Source of the DNA: Iphione sp. A-MEVVRFRX5
Lineage: Eukaryota
Assembly: GCA_976226885.1 (NCBI GenBank)
Contig: OZ320313.1
Coordinates: 116,002,001-116,066,000 of the forward strand
Reading direction: 5' to 3'
DNA: 64,000 nt
Each line of letters begins with the position of its first letter. The stretch's first letter is position 1. The notes beneath the pieces were generated by a model. It had not been told where the DNA came from, did no database searches, and saw only the letters and a list, made by a program, of their open reading frames with translations. A program made the position numbers and the translations under genes. Positions 21,269 through 35,950 of the stretch are shown here, piece by piece.

Positions 21269-22530
21269 CTGGAAATAGACCAGACAGGAAGAACATCACC
21301 CAATTATCACTATATTCTAATGGGATTTTTGTTCAAATGTCATTGGATAAATTACTAGCACAGTTTCATGCCTTTCATTAGCCTGTCACTGTGTCTTTGA
21401 AGTACCAGAGATTTAAGGGTCTTTCCCGGTGAATTTATGACGGGTTTCTTTCAGACCACTTTTCTTTTCTCATTTATGTTTCATCCTGGTTTATGTGATT
21501 ATTCAAATAATGGAAATAACAATGTTTGGATGAACGGTGTAGCTCTTCACCAAATCATCAAGATGAGGATATGATGAATTCTTTGTTCTCTAGACCAAAG
21601 TTTGTGCCCATGCATAGACAGATAGAAAGGAATCATAAGGTCACTTCAAATGCCCTTTCGACAGATGCTTATGTGGCATTTACTCTGTGTGGGAGCATGA
21701 AAGACAAGGGCTTCATTGCTCTAGAGAGGATGGCGCTCTTCAGGTTTGGAAATGAAAATATCCGTATAAGAGGTGTCTCTAATATAGAACCCTATATTTG
21801 TTGTCTGGGGTATGTTTGGTTATAGAGAAAGTACGGCCCAGTTACAGACAGCATGAGAAGGACAAGTGGCTTGTAATTGGAAGTCGCTGATAGACCTTTG
21901 CAGGAAATTTCGTTCCAAATTTATCAATAACCTTTATTTCTTTCTTTCTGTTATTGCTCATTAGCATCTCATAGTCTTTACAAGAAAAGGGATACACTCC
22001 TGTATGGTAGTCGCGGTCACATTTACTACAAAGTAAGTGGAACGGTGGTGGATATGTGCCAAAAACTACTAGGCTAGCTTGAAAGGTTATTTAACCCTGT
22101 AAATACGGATTATTTAGTGTACGATCTGAACAATCGATATATAAAAACAATAAGGGCGATGGGTCTGTAGTTGCCTGATATTTAATGTTGATATAATGTA
22201 TGTAGACAATTTTCCTGTTTTTAATACATGTATACCATAATCAACATATCTTTACGTATTCAAGAGCACCTCAACATTAGGCCGAAGAGTTTCTTGTTAT
22301 TCAGATTTTGTATATTCATAATGCTTCCACTGTGAACATTGCAAGCTCCTGTTCTGTAGTGACTGGTGGTTTAGAGGCTGTTGCACTACAATATAGGTTT
22401 TCATTTTGGGGAAAAATATAAATTTTAAGTGATACCTACAAAGCTCAAGTGTTTTTAAATACCTTCAATCTCCATGCATGCATTTCTACTGACTTCTTGC
22501 TTGCAGTTTAAAAACAAAGTGCTATTTTTT

Positions 22531-23800
22531 AAATCTCTAAGTCATGTGACCTGTTATTTACTTCCTATTTGCTACAGGATGATGACATTCACAAAACCTT
22601 TTTATTGAAAGTACAAGCACCTTCAGCGCCTGGACACAGACACACTCATGATCCCCCCCATCCCCACCCTGACAGGTCAAAGTACAGACTGCCATGCATC
22701 TACACACATACACTTGGTGTATATCAGTGTGTGTGTCTTCGGGGGGTTCTTTGTTTACAACTCAGCACAGGGATACATCTGAGGAAAGAGTCCAGTGTCA
22801 TATTCTATATTTTCCAAAAGCCTTCACAATCTAGATATATTCAACAGTGATTATCCTTTTTTGTAATATTTTCACTAAACACATACTTAATCATGAAAAA
22901 TTATTCCCCTCTGCTGAATCTCTTCTGTATGAGACCTCCTCCCCATAGCCGTGCTACTTTCGGGCAACTTTTCATACAGGGGGTGTAAAAATAAGCATTA
23001 AAATGGGTTCAAATGATGTGTGTGTTACATTTAAAAAGACATATTCATAAGTTTACTGCAAGTGATCTATTTTCATTGTAATTCATTGTTTAATCTTTAA
23101 ATTCCTGAGATGGCCACTATTTTGTTGACACATATTGAGAACTAAGTGCATGCATGGTTGCTGTACCCGTGCACTCCTTTCGTAATGGTAAAAGATAATT
23201 ATGTTCTGCATGGCCAGCCACGTGAGAATCCCTCTGTATGGGCATGCATGGTCCCTCCCCTGTCACCTAAAAAGGACACTGCAGGCCAAGATGCAAAGTG
23301 ATCATGGAGTGACCGTGCGCAACAATCGATGTTTAAAGTGTGTTCTGATAATGTTTTGGCTTTTGACAATACTACAATATGATAAAACTCTTATTTTCAT
23401 TTAAAATACCTTTACTCTTGATATTTATACTGGCGTCTTGCTCACAGTTTGAAACAGCACAATTTAATAAATCTCTAAGTCATGTGACCTGTGTCATCCA
23501 ATCAGATTGAAGAAGGTTAGTTTACTTCCTGTTTGGTACAGGATGATGACATTCACAAACCTTTTCATATAAAATAAATAAGCATCAAAATACAATCAGC
23601 TTAAAAAACACCAAAAAGGTTTGCATGTGTTAAATTTACAAATGATCTATTTTCATTATAATTCATTGTTAGAACTCTGAACTGACAAGATGACCACCAT
23701 TTTGTTGACAAATATTCAGAACTAAGAGCATGTATGGTCACTTGACCAATGCATTCCTTTGGTAATAAAAGATGTATCCTGCATGGCCAGCTATGTTAGA
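22531..23800. repeat. Partial tandem segmental duplication
   Basis: Block AAATCTCTAAGTCATGTGACCTGT...TACAGGATGATGACATTCACAAA at 22531 and 23469. Block TGATCTATTTT..TAATTCATTGTT...TTTTGTTGACA at about 23063 and 23643. Confidence 0.8.
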
Positions 23801-24783
23801 ACAAAGAACTCATTTAGGAACTTTGTTGAATCCCTCTAATCTTGGTAACGTTTAGTCAAGGGTAAAATGCATGTCATTCCCTGTACATGGAGAAACGTCT
23901 AAACTCTTCAAACTTGCAGACATGCAGACTCTTCTCTTCACATGTTGCCGTATATCAACGTATTATTCACATTATTCTAGTCACTTAAGCACACTCCACT
24001 CTAGAAATCTTCTCCTCTCGATCAAAGATTGGTACATAGCGTTTTAAATAAAATGCCGGGTCTTCATTTTATTTATGTGTGGATCCGTCCTTATTGCACG
24101 GGCAAGTAGGCCACATGCAATTGGAAACACGTGTTTCCACCATACTCCAGCAACCGTGACGTGTTGATGTACTATGAAACTGATGCCTTAATTTTATACA
24201 TCACTTACAGAAGTTCTGAGGGTTCTTGGGTAGCATGTAACTGGGTGACTGCCACGTTCTGGAGGAAAATCTGAGAGGTAGACGGTAGGTCCCCTAAACG
24301 TATAGACGCACCACTGGCCCGCACCTGTACCTGACAGAATAAGGCCAATTCCTGGCTTCCGAGTAGGCATCCGGCTTTCCCACCGGGGCTCACTATATCA
24401 CTCCAGCCTATAAATCTAAAGCTCGGGGATCGAGGAGCATTATGCCAGTATAAAAGTAGTAAGTCTTCTGGGGGTGAGGGGTAAGCACAGTTATCTGTAG
24501 TAAAATTGTAGCCTATGCTTAAGTGCGCCCGTTTCTAGTCCGGAATCGAGAAAGATAAGTGGCTGGATGTGTTGCGCTCTTTAGTTTTTTTTATCTTCAG
24601 CCACGGCACTACTTTTGGTTAGAGAACGACTCAAGGCAGATCGAAATATGGACTTATTTCAGGACCTACATCCATAATTCTAAGATTAATTCTGATCAAT
24701 AAGGAGAACATGCAAATGTGGAGACTTTGCCAATGTGGACATACACTGAGGCATTCCATTGAATGTATGTACATTTATATGTA

Positions 24784-24962
24784 CAGTCAACTCCTGCTTA
24801 GGAGACCAACTCTGGTACTGAAGGAATATGGTCTCCCCTGCGATCTGGTCTCCCGTGAGATCTCTTTTTATATAGGAAATATGCTGTTTAGGACTATGAT
24901 ATAGTGGTCTCCCCTGCGATCTCCTCTCCCCTGTGATCTGGTCTTTAGGTGAGAGTCCACTG
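24784..24962. mobile_element. Tc1/mariner-pogo-type MITE
   Basis: TA-CAGT...ACTG-TA ends, imperfect subterminal inverted GAGACC/GGTCT, and internal GGTCTCCCCTGCGATCT repeats. Confidence 0.65.
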
Positions 24963-26865
24963 TATATTCTACTATCTCTGCTCCTCTCTGATTTTAGTCT
25001 TGTTTTAAATGGTAATTATCTTACTGTTAGCCACCTTTCAGTTGCATGGTACTCGAGATTCCTGTCCGTTTGGGGATGCTTGCATGTAGAAGGCCTCGCG
25101 CCGTACAAAACTTCTTTAATATCAAATTGAAATCATGTTAGCGGAACCTGAGACTAGCCTCGGTGGCACATTTCGTCTGATCTACACGTGTGCGTCTGGA
25201 AATATCTGGTTAAGTAGGGGAGCAGATAGCTAAGCATTGGGGGTGGGAGGTACTGGTTCTCCATAGGGTTGGCAGCAGGCAGGGCGTACGTGTATCATGG
25301 ACTGCTAGCCAGGAATGCGGTCATGCACGTTGGAAATGCGGAACATCACAACTGTTTCTTCCTCATTGCATCCTATGGAAATCGCCTACAGTCCCTATGT
25401 ACTTGGTAGTGCGCATGAGTAATCATCTTTCTTTGTGAAAATGATTGGCGTTACTTAAGTGGTCGAAGATTAATGGTTTATGTGAGTGGTTAATAGTGGC
25501 TGAGCGTGAGACCCTGTAAAGATAGGAATTCAGATATGCAAAGATGATTCACGGTTATAGGTCTCCGAGATAGCAAAACTGATAGGTCGGGAGAAAATCA
25601 CAAAATGCAAGGAAGCCTTCCGTGCCGGCGTATTTGACGTCGCTAGAGTTTCCTTTACCCAACTAAGTAAATGACCATCCGTCTAAATAACGCAAAAGGA
25701 ATTCCAAACGTGTAGCAACACACATGTAAGTCCCTGGTTCTTGAAACCTCGTCCGGTCTCATAAATAATGAATGTTCACTCTGAAGAACTCGCCGTGTTT
25801 AGGCGAAAGGGGAAAGGCCCCTCTAGGCAACCTGCATCAGTCATCTAAGCCCAGAGCTCTGCACATGCTCATCTGAATATGCTGTGTGCCGGGCCAGTAG
25901 AGGACCTCTAATGGTTCCAGAGCCCACCAATCAAGGTCCGGCGCCGCTTTTGAGAGAGTGTGTCAGAATGGCGAAGAAAGGACTCTCTCTGTTTGTTCAC
26001 CATGTTTCATGTTACCTCACTGATTGCACGCGTTATTGGTAACAGGTACAATCTGTTAACCTTATTCTACCGTCTATTTGCAGTATATGCATGGTGTAAA
26101 TGGTGTACTTAGTGCTTGTTGCCTACAAGTACGTTAATGGTAATGAATTTTGGCGACACGCGGGAGGATGATATGCTAATCAATCAGCAGGAACGATTAA
26201 ATATACTTAGGTAACAAATAAGGAGAACTGATGGGTAATATGTAATCGAGTAAAATTGAATAGACCCATTTGAAACCGCTGCTACATCTTAATATGATTT
26301 TACTCTCCTAATATTACTTCATGAAGTTTGGTCTGTATTTAATTCGCATGGACTAGAGAGACTTCTTTATCCAGGTAGTTTCTAGATGCAACAGGAAATT
26401 TTCGCGACTGGATATAAGCACATCTGCACGATATTTGATGAGAATGCTAGGCGCTTTCACGATGACCTGTAAAGTAATTATCATATATTCCAATAAACCA
26501 CATGTACGTGTAAATAGAATCGTGCGTTACAAGTAGGGCGAGCCTCTGATGTTTGATTTCTGTGGCGAAGAGTCGTTGAAGTACGAACTGCTGATATATC
26601 AGAACTTTAGCATGGGGCACGCGGGGCATAAAATTTCGCGTTTCCCCCTGAAACTCACTTCGTGCGTTTTCATCTTTGAAGCGCACAACTTTATGAAAGG
26701 ACGCAACGTACATTACTGCCGGTCCGCGACGCATGGTTGTCTAATGTAGTGGAGGCAGCCGTCACTTAACCCTTGATGACGCCAGATCAAAGCCAATACA
26801 TGTACATACACGCCGGTATCGTCATCAGCGAAGAATGCTGAACGTTCACTTTCTACTGCGCATTC

Positions 26866-26940
26866 TTTTTTTTTTTTTTTATTTCGTTTATTTCAACTGG
26901 AAAAAAATAGGCCAGTGGCCTTACATATCCAGCTTCGTTA
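26866..26940 (-). mobile_element. 3' tail of a retroposon (poly-A tailed)
   Basis: The minus strand reads ...CCAGTTGAAATAAACGAAAT followed by 15 A. No coding homology recognised upstream. Confidence 0.4.
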
Positions 26941-28939
26941 TCATGTTCATAAGACGCTGATATACTTTGTACATATTTTATAGGCTCAATACTTGGTTCT
27001 TCATGTGATTATCATTGCTCTGTTAGAGGAAGATAGTGAGATGTTAACGGTTGGGAGTAGTAGTTCAGCAGTTATAGAAGGGTGATGAAGAGGTATGAAA
27101 TGAGATGAGATGGGATTGCACATGGCCCGATGGTGTTTTTGTGTATGGTAAATGTCTCTTTAATATAGCGGGTATACATATACATATGGTAAAAATCAGT
27201 TTAGGTATGTCCTAATACGGACATAATTCTTATCAACATAGTGCATAACTTCCAAGAGCCACTCTCAACAATCATGTTACAATATGATTACTCTTGTCTT
27301 ACTGTCAGTTTCTTTCCTATTTCGACAGGTTAAGTCCTCCGTCTCGTTATGCACCTACAAATGATATGTTTGCCATTACATGTATATATCTCTCCGTTCT
27401 TTGTAATATATGTATTTCATTGTAAGTCCTCAAATATAAATCTACAACTCGTAGTCTCAGTCTCAATGATTTCTGTTCCAAGGCCAGCTGTGATCAGTAA
27501 GGGAACACAGACAATCTGCTTGACCTCTGATGCACTCGAGAGGAGGATTCTTTACTATCTTGAGAAACCCACCTCTTGTAACCTCCATATTTAAGACTGG
27601 CCAACTTGAAACTAGGTGTTAGCTAAAGAAAAGAGAGAGCTGACAAGGCTTTCTCCTAGCTGCTTGACTGTATGGAAGCTATCGCTGTCTACATGTAACA
27701 CTTCCTCTTGGTACAGGATAGCTAGATGGTCGAGTGGGTGGGCTCTTGGAGGAATGCGGCCCACTTGGCTGACGGCTTCCTTCACCAAGTAAAGCATGCC
27801 GCTCAAGACCAGGAGCGAGTAAAATGCAGCTGCGAAGAACCAGGTAAGCAAAAATTGAGAAACCGCCAGGTAGGAGAAACATGAACTTACAGAAATGAAA
27901 CCTGGAATCAACCCGTAGCACGTTTTAGGCGCGAATCGACACAACAACACAAGGAAAGACAAGGGAAATACATGTACATGTATATTTTTCGATAGTTAAG
28001 GCCGACTTTCTAAGTCTTGCACTTCACAAAAGGACTATAGTTACATATATCTGACTTGCATCAGCTCGGCAACTACCACTATGTATAAGCAATACTATTG
28101 GCGATTATGACTGTGTTGAAAGTCTGGGCGATACTGCTGAAACACCGCTAGATAAACTACAGTGACATACACGTGAAAACACGTGGTAGAAAGGTTCCCC
28201 ATGCAAACCCAGTTACGTCGTCGGTGACAGAACTAGCGGAACAGCCTACCCGTACAGCAAAACTGCGTGCTTACAGGAAGTACTTGTCTGAATACTGGTT
28301 CAGAGTATGTATAGACTGGCATATTTGTTGGAGTTCCGTTGGTAACTGTCTCGCATACCGGTAAAGCACGTGCGGCTTTCATTCACTTTACACTAACCGA
28401 CTTGCGAGAGTACAAACAGTTGCGCCCATTATTACCAGTTGAGCCCATTCTTATTATCATTATATGTAACATAATAATTATTAGACCCACACAAGAAAAA
28501 AATTATGATTCTGTCATCGACATCTGTAGTAATGTCTATAATTTCTATAAGAGGAAGAGAGAAACTAAACACCACTTTACTTCACCCGAGAGAAGGACAG
28601 AAGTTTCAAAATTATAGAGCTGCGGTAATGGCCCACGCATATTACAATGTCTTCGACAATAGACAATTCATGTCTTCGGTACTGGATTTGAGAACCATTT
28701 TCTGCACGCGTTTTCATGTTTCTGTCACCGTAGTTTATGAAATAGAATGTAATACGAGATGGATTTATACGTGCATACACTGGGATTTTCGCTTCGGGCA
28801 AATTGAAGACAAATCAGTGACAGAATTGAAGGATATAAAATCATATACATGTACGTTTTCCCCTTTGAGTCGCGTAGAAGAAACACATCCAGAGGCAACA
28901 AGGAAACAATGATCATATATGCAAACCTGATGGGTACAC

Positions 28940-30240
28940 GTGCGCTGCAAGCTGCGGAAACATTTGAATGACTTCGAAGTTGGCCATAGTCGAGTAAATA
29001 ATTCGCCTACCCAGTACGCACGTCCGCACACTTCGGTATTAATGAGCGGCCGGCTCTGCTTAACTGCCGTCTGGTGCTCATTGTCAACTGAGGCCAGGGT
29101 CGGCGCACGCTAATCTAATCGACGATGGCCGTCTTCCGGCGGAACAATCGGCATGTGCGTGACGTCGAGTCGCTTTATCGGCTTACGCGGGCGCCTTCCG
29201 CGATCACCGCTTACCCTGTCAGTGAGGTGGGCGGACCGGCGGTCAACGTTGACGTATTCGCGGCGTCGGGGGACGAGCTGCTCGCTGCAGTAGCCCATTA
29301 ACGTCGACGCGCGTTGAAAGGAATGGCTCGCTGAAGGGTTAACGACCCGCCGCCCGTATCCCCCGGCTGGCTGATCTCCGGGTCGTGTTTTTATGTCAAC
29401 CGGTGATCACTTTTGGGGCTGACCCCCTGTCAAAATTGGTGCACAGTGCAGGCCTTTCGCAGATATTCGCTTCCTCTTCCGGTCCGTGTGACCTTTGACC
29501 TCTAACCTCGGAGTACTGTTGCCATTATCTGGTCAACGTTACTAGTGGACCAGTGGTGCAGGACGCTTTTAGACCTGCAATGGAGTTGATTGTGGGTAAA
29601 TGGGATTAGGCCAATACTTTCTTGGTGAGTGGATTTGCATTAAAGAATTCTGCCACTAATGGTTAGAGTAATTGTAGTAAGTGGTGGTATCAGTACTCAA
29701 CCTCCTGAAGAAGACGGATGGTCCTTTGATGAATAAACGAATCAGTAAAGGCAAACACTGAATGCTTGAAAATCAATTTCGTCTTGATTTTCCATTTTTG
29801 TACAACTTTCAGTAACATCAGAAGGGGAATCTCCCACGCGCATCAGATACGAGCAGAAAAGTGCATGAGCCGAGTGGGCCCATTGGCGATGGTGAATGCC
29901 TATGGTGAGGACATGCCAGTACGATGTCCGTCTGTAGGGCATCCGTGCCATGCAGCCCTCAGCAGATAGGCGCCAGGACCGACAGGCATGTCAGGCGGGC
30001 AGGTGGGCGGGAGAGGCGACCTACGGCGGCCGGCGCGTGAGGCCGAGTGCCGTAAAGCCTCTTCCTGACATATGCAGATCCCCGATAAACAAAGCGAAGG
30101 ATTAGCGGCATCTATGTAGCCGCCGGCCCGCGGTAGGAGGATTAGGATCGGACTTTATCGGCGTCCGCAGGTTGGCGGCCTTATCCCATGGGCGGCTAGT
30201 CTAGATTATACCTTGGTTAGTCTCGCCGCAATAGGCCGTG
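28940..30240. promoter_or_regulatory. CpG-rich non-coding blocks (candidate enhancer or alternative promoter)
   Basis: Visibly high CpG/GC content against an AT-rich background, with no convincing ORF. Confidence 0.3.
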
Positions 30241-33200
30241 CTGGATCATCTTACATTATAACATTGTCTCTGGATGAAGTCTACCCAATGATGGAACGAC
30301 TCTGAATCAACGTCTAGTTTTTTGGTGTCACCGATTCCGTCTCGTTCGCTGAACCGTCCCCGTCTCCTTTTCCTCTCATCTTTTCTTTTGTCTTCCCGCT
30401 TTCTTATATACTGCACGTCCTTTACCGTTCCCTTTCGTTTTAATGACATTATTTCGTCTTCAATTAATCCGATATCTGCTTCTCTTTTTATACATTATTT
30501 TCTATATTTTCGTTCTGGTGTAACATCAAAGGGTATGCAAGAAAGCTATGAGATTCAATTTACCGATTTTCTGTTCTAAAGGATTTCTGATTTTGTCCGA
30601 CTTAACGTGCACATATACATGAAGGTGTTTTGCGACACACCTAGGGGGAAGCTTATAAACGTAGGGGGATTTTTACTGCAGAATGTTGAAATAATGAAGT
30701 ATAACAAACTTCTGACAGTTAACAAAAAAAATCAATGTTCCCTGCCATTCATACTGTGTATAGCTTCGACGTATCTTGTAACATCTAGACAAATGCCATC
30801 ATTCATGCCAAATATGCAATCTATTTTCCTTGAGCTGAACACGCGAAGGTTCCTCGCCAGAGTAATAGAAATCTAGATGGTCACGAACGAGGACATGCAC
30901 AAAAACACATATACTCTCTTCTTCATGCCAAATGTAAACATTAGGGTAAACTGCCAGACGGACTTGGATCGTCTAGGCCTGCACATTCCCCACAGTGCAT
31001 ACCGAAGGGAAGATACTAGTGGCCCTGCCTGGCCAAAACAGTCAAAGTGTGCAAATAAACAAAAGTTTAAAATAACAAAATATCAAATTGCACGTGTGGC
31101 GAAACCCTTCCAAATGTTCACTGGACAGGGCATCGAAGATTTATTACCAACAGGAGGCAACATGGGAAGAGAGACGTAAAAGACAACGGAGGGCCGGGTC
31201 CTACACGAAATCCAAGTAACTCAACCTTGTATCTAAAAGGAGACTGAATCTGACGTAACACCCCTAGGGGAGTGTGTTTTCTGGGACGCGCTTTCTGAGC
31301 AAAATCAACGTCTACTACATCATGATGAAACACCTGCCTGTAACAGGTGCTGATATCTTTTGTCCGAATATCTACCGGTAGATATCTATGCCAACATCCT
31401 GCACGCCATAATCTACTTCTTTTAATGGATTAAACTTCTGTCGTGTACGCGAAAGGCACACATGTACTGTGATTCCATCTTTAATTCGATGCTGCATTTT
31501 TTCGGCGGACAAAAAAAAATCATATCACTATATTTAGGTCAGCTCACAGATAGATGACATTCGACCAATTGTAGACTTTCAATACAGGTCACTGCAGTTT
31601 CTGACAGAGATAAAGTTCAAGCACTACCTGGCTACTTTCCACTCCTGCTATGGCCATCCTTTCAACTGTTGTCAGGTTGCTGACTCTGATGGATGTGGCT
31701 GGCTATGTGCCTCTCATCGATAGGAACCCTCTGGCGGCAAAACCACCGCATTCAATACCTTCCTCCGGCTACAGCCGCTGGCTGCCTTGATTTAGCTCCA
31801 GCGGCGAGCTAGTCCATTACACATGATCAGAGGCGTGAGGCTGATCTCCCACTGCGGATAAACAGAGGCCGAGCCTATACACACACTTAACTACTCCAGA
31901 GAACCCTAAGCCCGTCAGTGCAATTCTGTTATCCCCAATAGACATTTGGTGCCACTGCTGATCTTGGTTCTTACTGTTTCTCTGTACTCCATGTCCCAAT
32001 TCATTCACGTTAGCGCTTTGTTCCCATCCCGTCGGGAAGTCCCTTGGTCCAGAGGGAGAAGAAGCCGGGTATTGAAGATGGAATAATCTCTCCTCCTTCA
32101 AGCGTCAGAGTGATTGATATTCTTAACCATCAAGCATCATCACAGCAATAAACGTCATCTTGTGACAGGAAATAGCCAGATCGATTTTAAGACTGCATAA
32201 TGAGGCTTTGTCTTTATTGTCAAGTTAAAGACATGCACGCGCTGTCAAAGGGTAAAGATTCCGTTGTGATTTCGAACTGCTTCGTTGAATGAAGTGGCCT
32301 TCCAAAGTGACAGTTATCATTCATCTGATATTTGAGTTTTATCCGGTCCGGGCAATACTTTCGAAAGAAAATTGCATTTAATCTGTAGATCACAATACCG
32401 CGTGTTTTGTCTTCAAAAACAAATATGATTTATAGAAGCACATATAAATTCCATATAAATGAGTCAACCTGTCTCTTAGAGGGAAAAAGTCTTTTTGCAT
32501 CATAAATATAGCCTCTACTATTACTAAAGCATAGTGTGTCATGCACTGTTAAATACTAAAAGTGTACAATCCAAATATATTGTACCATAAAACAAATGAA
32601 AAAACTCAAATCTATGTTATTTAAAGCAGTCTCTGTGAATGTCACCGTCCATTAATTTTGCTTACAGTTATCTGGAGGGGAAATTAATACATACAGTTAA
32701 ACAAGCAGTCTAAACAGTTGTGTAAATTCACTTTATTACTACGTACACAGAGCTTTCATATTGCTGAGATTTTGTCATCTTGAACGTTGTCCCTGCAAAT
32801 GCTTTTCGACCATCCGACCGGTCCTTGATTTGACTTAGCCTCTGTAGGCCTTTTGCACCGTATTCACGGTGTTTGATCATTTCCATGAAAGATTTTACAC
32901 CCAAGAACCGTAATAGAAGACGGTAGGAATAAGCCCACCATTGTTATAAAATTAGCAGTTCCTTAGCTGTGGTCTTCCTGTCTTTCTGAGGGCATACGCT
33001 AGTGAAATTAGTTTGCCCTAGCAGGTGTTCCATTCACCCGTGCTTTGTTTCTTACCACAGCCTTTTACGACAATGTAAATATCGTTTTATATATGACAGT
33101 TATTTATAATTGCCTCCAACTTTTGAAGTTTCTCTCAAGACAGTATAGAAGTCATGCGTGCTCGTCCTTATATACAAAAATCATACTTCAAAGCCAGTAT

Positions 33201-33368
33201 AAAAGAATCATTTTTTCTAGCGAGATGCTGCTGAACAGTTTTAAACCTTACATAGTTCGCCATTCAGCTGCATGGTCATTGGTAAGGAAACCCAGTAACG
33301 GGAGACTAACACTTGATGTTGCTTTATTCAGTAGGTACAATAAGATGTCGATCTAAAGTAACATAACT

Positions 33369-33691
33369 AAGAGTTAAAGAGTATTATCTGTGTTTCCGGT
33401 AACTGACTGGAAATAAAGGGGATCGGTAGGTAGGTGCACGGTAGCTTTTTATTTCAATTTCTTCCAATGTTAGATGATACGGAAAGGAACAAAAGAATAT
33501 GGCAGTACTACGTCTACTCCTTGGGTTTAATGAAACATGTATCATATAAACTCTAATGGTCTAAGGAACAATTTGGCTTTTCATATAAGTCTGTTCAGTC
33601 TATTCAGTGCAGAGATATGCAATAAGAAACTCTAGGCCATAATCTAGGGTCAATCGGGTTAACAGAAACACTGATATTTTTCCATTAGGCC
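33369..33691. mobile_element. MITE of the same family as 51436-51724, more decayed
   Basis: Shares TCTGTGTTTCCGGTAAC, GG(A/G)TCGGTAGGT and the right end TTAGGCC-TTA. The left end is approximate. Confidence 0.65.
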
Positions 33692-33999
33692 TTAAACATA
33701 AAAGATTGTTCAGTTTCTAAAGCATGACACCGTTTTATGGTGAGCATAACTCTGGGTTTACATATATGACATAAACATGCACAAAAGGTACACGGGACGG
33801 GAAGCCTTCCATGTCGCAGACTAGCTACCAGAATAATACATCACCAGTGCTCGTATTACGGATCACATATATGGTCATACTTTCTGTATGCGCCTGTTAG
33901 CACACCTGGGAATATCCATCCTAGCCATTTACCCTCCGATGGCTGTTTTTGATCCTGTACCTACTATCGGGCTTAATAGTTCTAGGTGGATGTGGCTTG

Positions 34000-35950
34000 G
34001 CTACGCCCGATGAGTAGATAGCCTGCGGGTGGTCTGACGGACGCCAGACGGTACTACGTCAGTTTTCTCGTTTTTCGTCTTCGATGCTGGCTTGGCTCTC
34101 TTACCGGGAGTCTTTCTTGATGGACTGTACCTCAGCGTAGCATGGCTTCAGCAATAAATCTCGTCAAAAGGCTACCGGGAGGCCAATGCCCACTGCTGTG
34201 GCCCTCGCGGGTAAAATATCTGCCGGCGCGGCCGGGCCTCCTTGACGCCCTGCAATCTGACACCAGACGCCACAGTGGCGTTAAGTCCAGGTGATCGTAT
34301 TTGCATATGTGATTTGGCTAAGCGATCGATTTTACCGTGAGGAGGTGGGCTGAGTGCCCAGGAAATTTCCCGGGAAAAATATTGTGAGGGCGTGTTACCG
34401 CCGGCCTGTTGGACCTGGGCGAGCGTGAACCTGTTGGCGCCACGACCCCTGGCCGTCCATTATGATACCGCCCTGCGATCAGAGCAGGAAAGGAAAGAGG
34501 GTTTTCAGGGCCTGCGCTGCCAAAGAACGAGACCTAAGAACGTTCACACACCCACCCCCACCCGTTCTCAATGCTCCTTCGTTCTGTCAACTAATACACA
34601 TTGCTGACAGAATGACACACACCAGAGGAAGATATCTGTACACAAAAAGAAAGGGCGCCTGCTGACAGATTCGTGATGAAAACCTTTGAGGCATCATTTT
34701 TGCCTTCTATAGTAATGTACTTCACTGATCCAGCTACTCATATATTTCATAAGCTATTTAAGCACCCATAGAAAACCATGCATAAGATGGTTGTCAGGGT
34801 TTTGCTCTTTATTTAATATTATGTTGGGATAAACATATAGCGAGGCAGAAATATTTCTCACACCAAAACCATACGTTGGAAATAAGATGGACACACTGCA
34901 AACAGCGATCTGGTCAGTCTGCACACTCCATACATTATGTAGGCCCTTGACCACCGCATACAGCCGACCAATGCTTTTGAGCAGGCTGAAGGATATGAAA
35001 TGTTTAGCATTGGAAGTTTTCATCAGTTTGGCAGGCATGTTGACTGTTGATTACCAGTTCTTCCTCTAACCTTCAGCAGAAAAAAAAACACACTCGGGAA
35101 ATGTTCGGAAACAACGACAGAGCAAAAGCATTGTAGAGAAAGTTTGGTCCATTACAATTTTTTGTGCAGACACAGCACATAGGAAATTGAATCTATACTA
35201 GCCACCTTCATTGTATCGTGTGACTCATTCGGTCGGCAAATGAGATTTTTCTTCTCGAATGCAACAGCTGGAATGTGCGTCTGAAATGAAAAGCACAGAC
35301 GTGCTCAATACTACTTGTACGTGTGGATCCTACTGATCTCTATCCCACTGGGCTCGTAGCAGATCCGAAAAGAATCGTTCCGACTCGCTGTTGTGCTGCG
35401 TGCGACCCCCGACAGGGCGGAGAAAGTGGAGGCTGTGAAGGCCATGTCCGTCACACAGACAGGGAGATATCAAATATCAGTAGCAGAGCAAGACGTCTAT
35501 ACCCAGATCAGTACCACTTGCTTCGGGTCCATTTACACTACTAATGACGTCTTTGCATCCGGTACCAGAGACAAAGGGATAGAGTGCCGCCGACATTGGG
35601 CTGAAGGAATCGCCTTCGAAGCCAATAATGACACAGGTCTCAAGCGTGCGCGGCGAACAAAGCCTGTTCCAAGTGGAAAGGAAGCGTGGCGTGAGAGCCA
35701 TGCGAGCCTGCGGGATTTATTGGATGACAAGAGGTCGGACAGGGCGTTCAGTGTGCGGTCACGTGTCCCGTAAGCGCCGCACACGCAACCACCAATCAAA
35801 CCTGCGACTCCTCAGTCGGAGAGGAGCGTAGAGTGAACGGTTGGGGGGGGGGCTAGGGAGGAGGGAGAGGTTGGGCACGTCCAGCACTGCAGACACGAGT
35901 GCTTCCTTGGCGCCAATCCCTGGCGAAAGGGTGTCTGCCCGACCACACGC
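34000..35950. promoter_or_regulatory. CpG-rich non-coding blocks with CCAAT and E-box motifs
   Basis: GC-rich stretches at 34000-34560 and 35350-35950, CACGTG at about 35760, and CCAAT motifs. No recognisable protein. Confidence 0.3.

Noticed and set aside
22622-22641. RE1/NRSE-like sequence TTCAGCGCCTGGACAC
   Set aside because: Wrong spacer and mismatches in both half-sites.
24320-24360. Possible exon 1 (MPTRKPGIGLILS-G|GTacag)
   Set aside because: Weak donor, and too short a hydrophobic stretch for a signal peptide.
29110-29298. ORF MGYCSEQLVPRR... with a GTAAGC donor
   Set aside because: Phase 0, which is incompatible with exon 2, and not signal-peptide-like.
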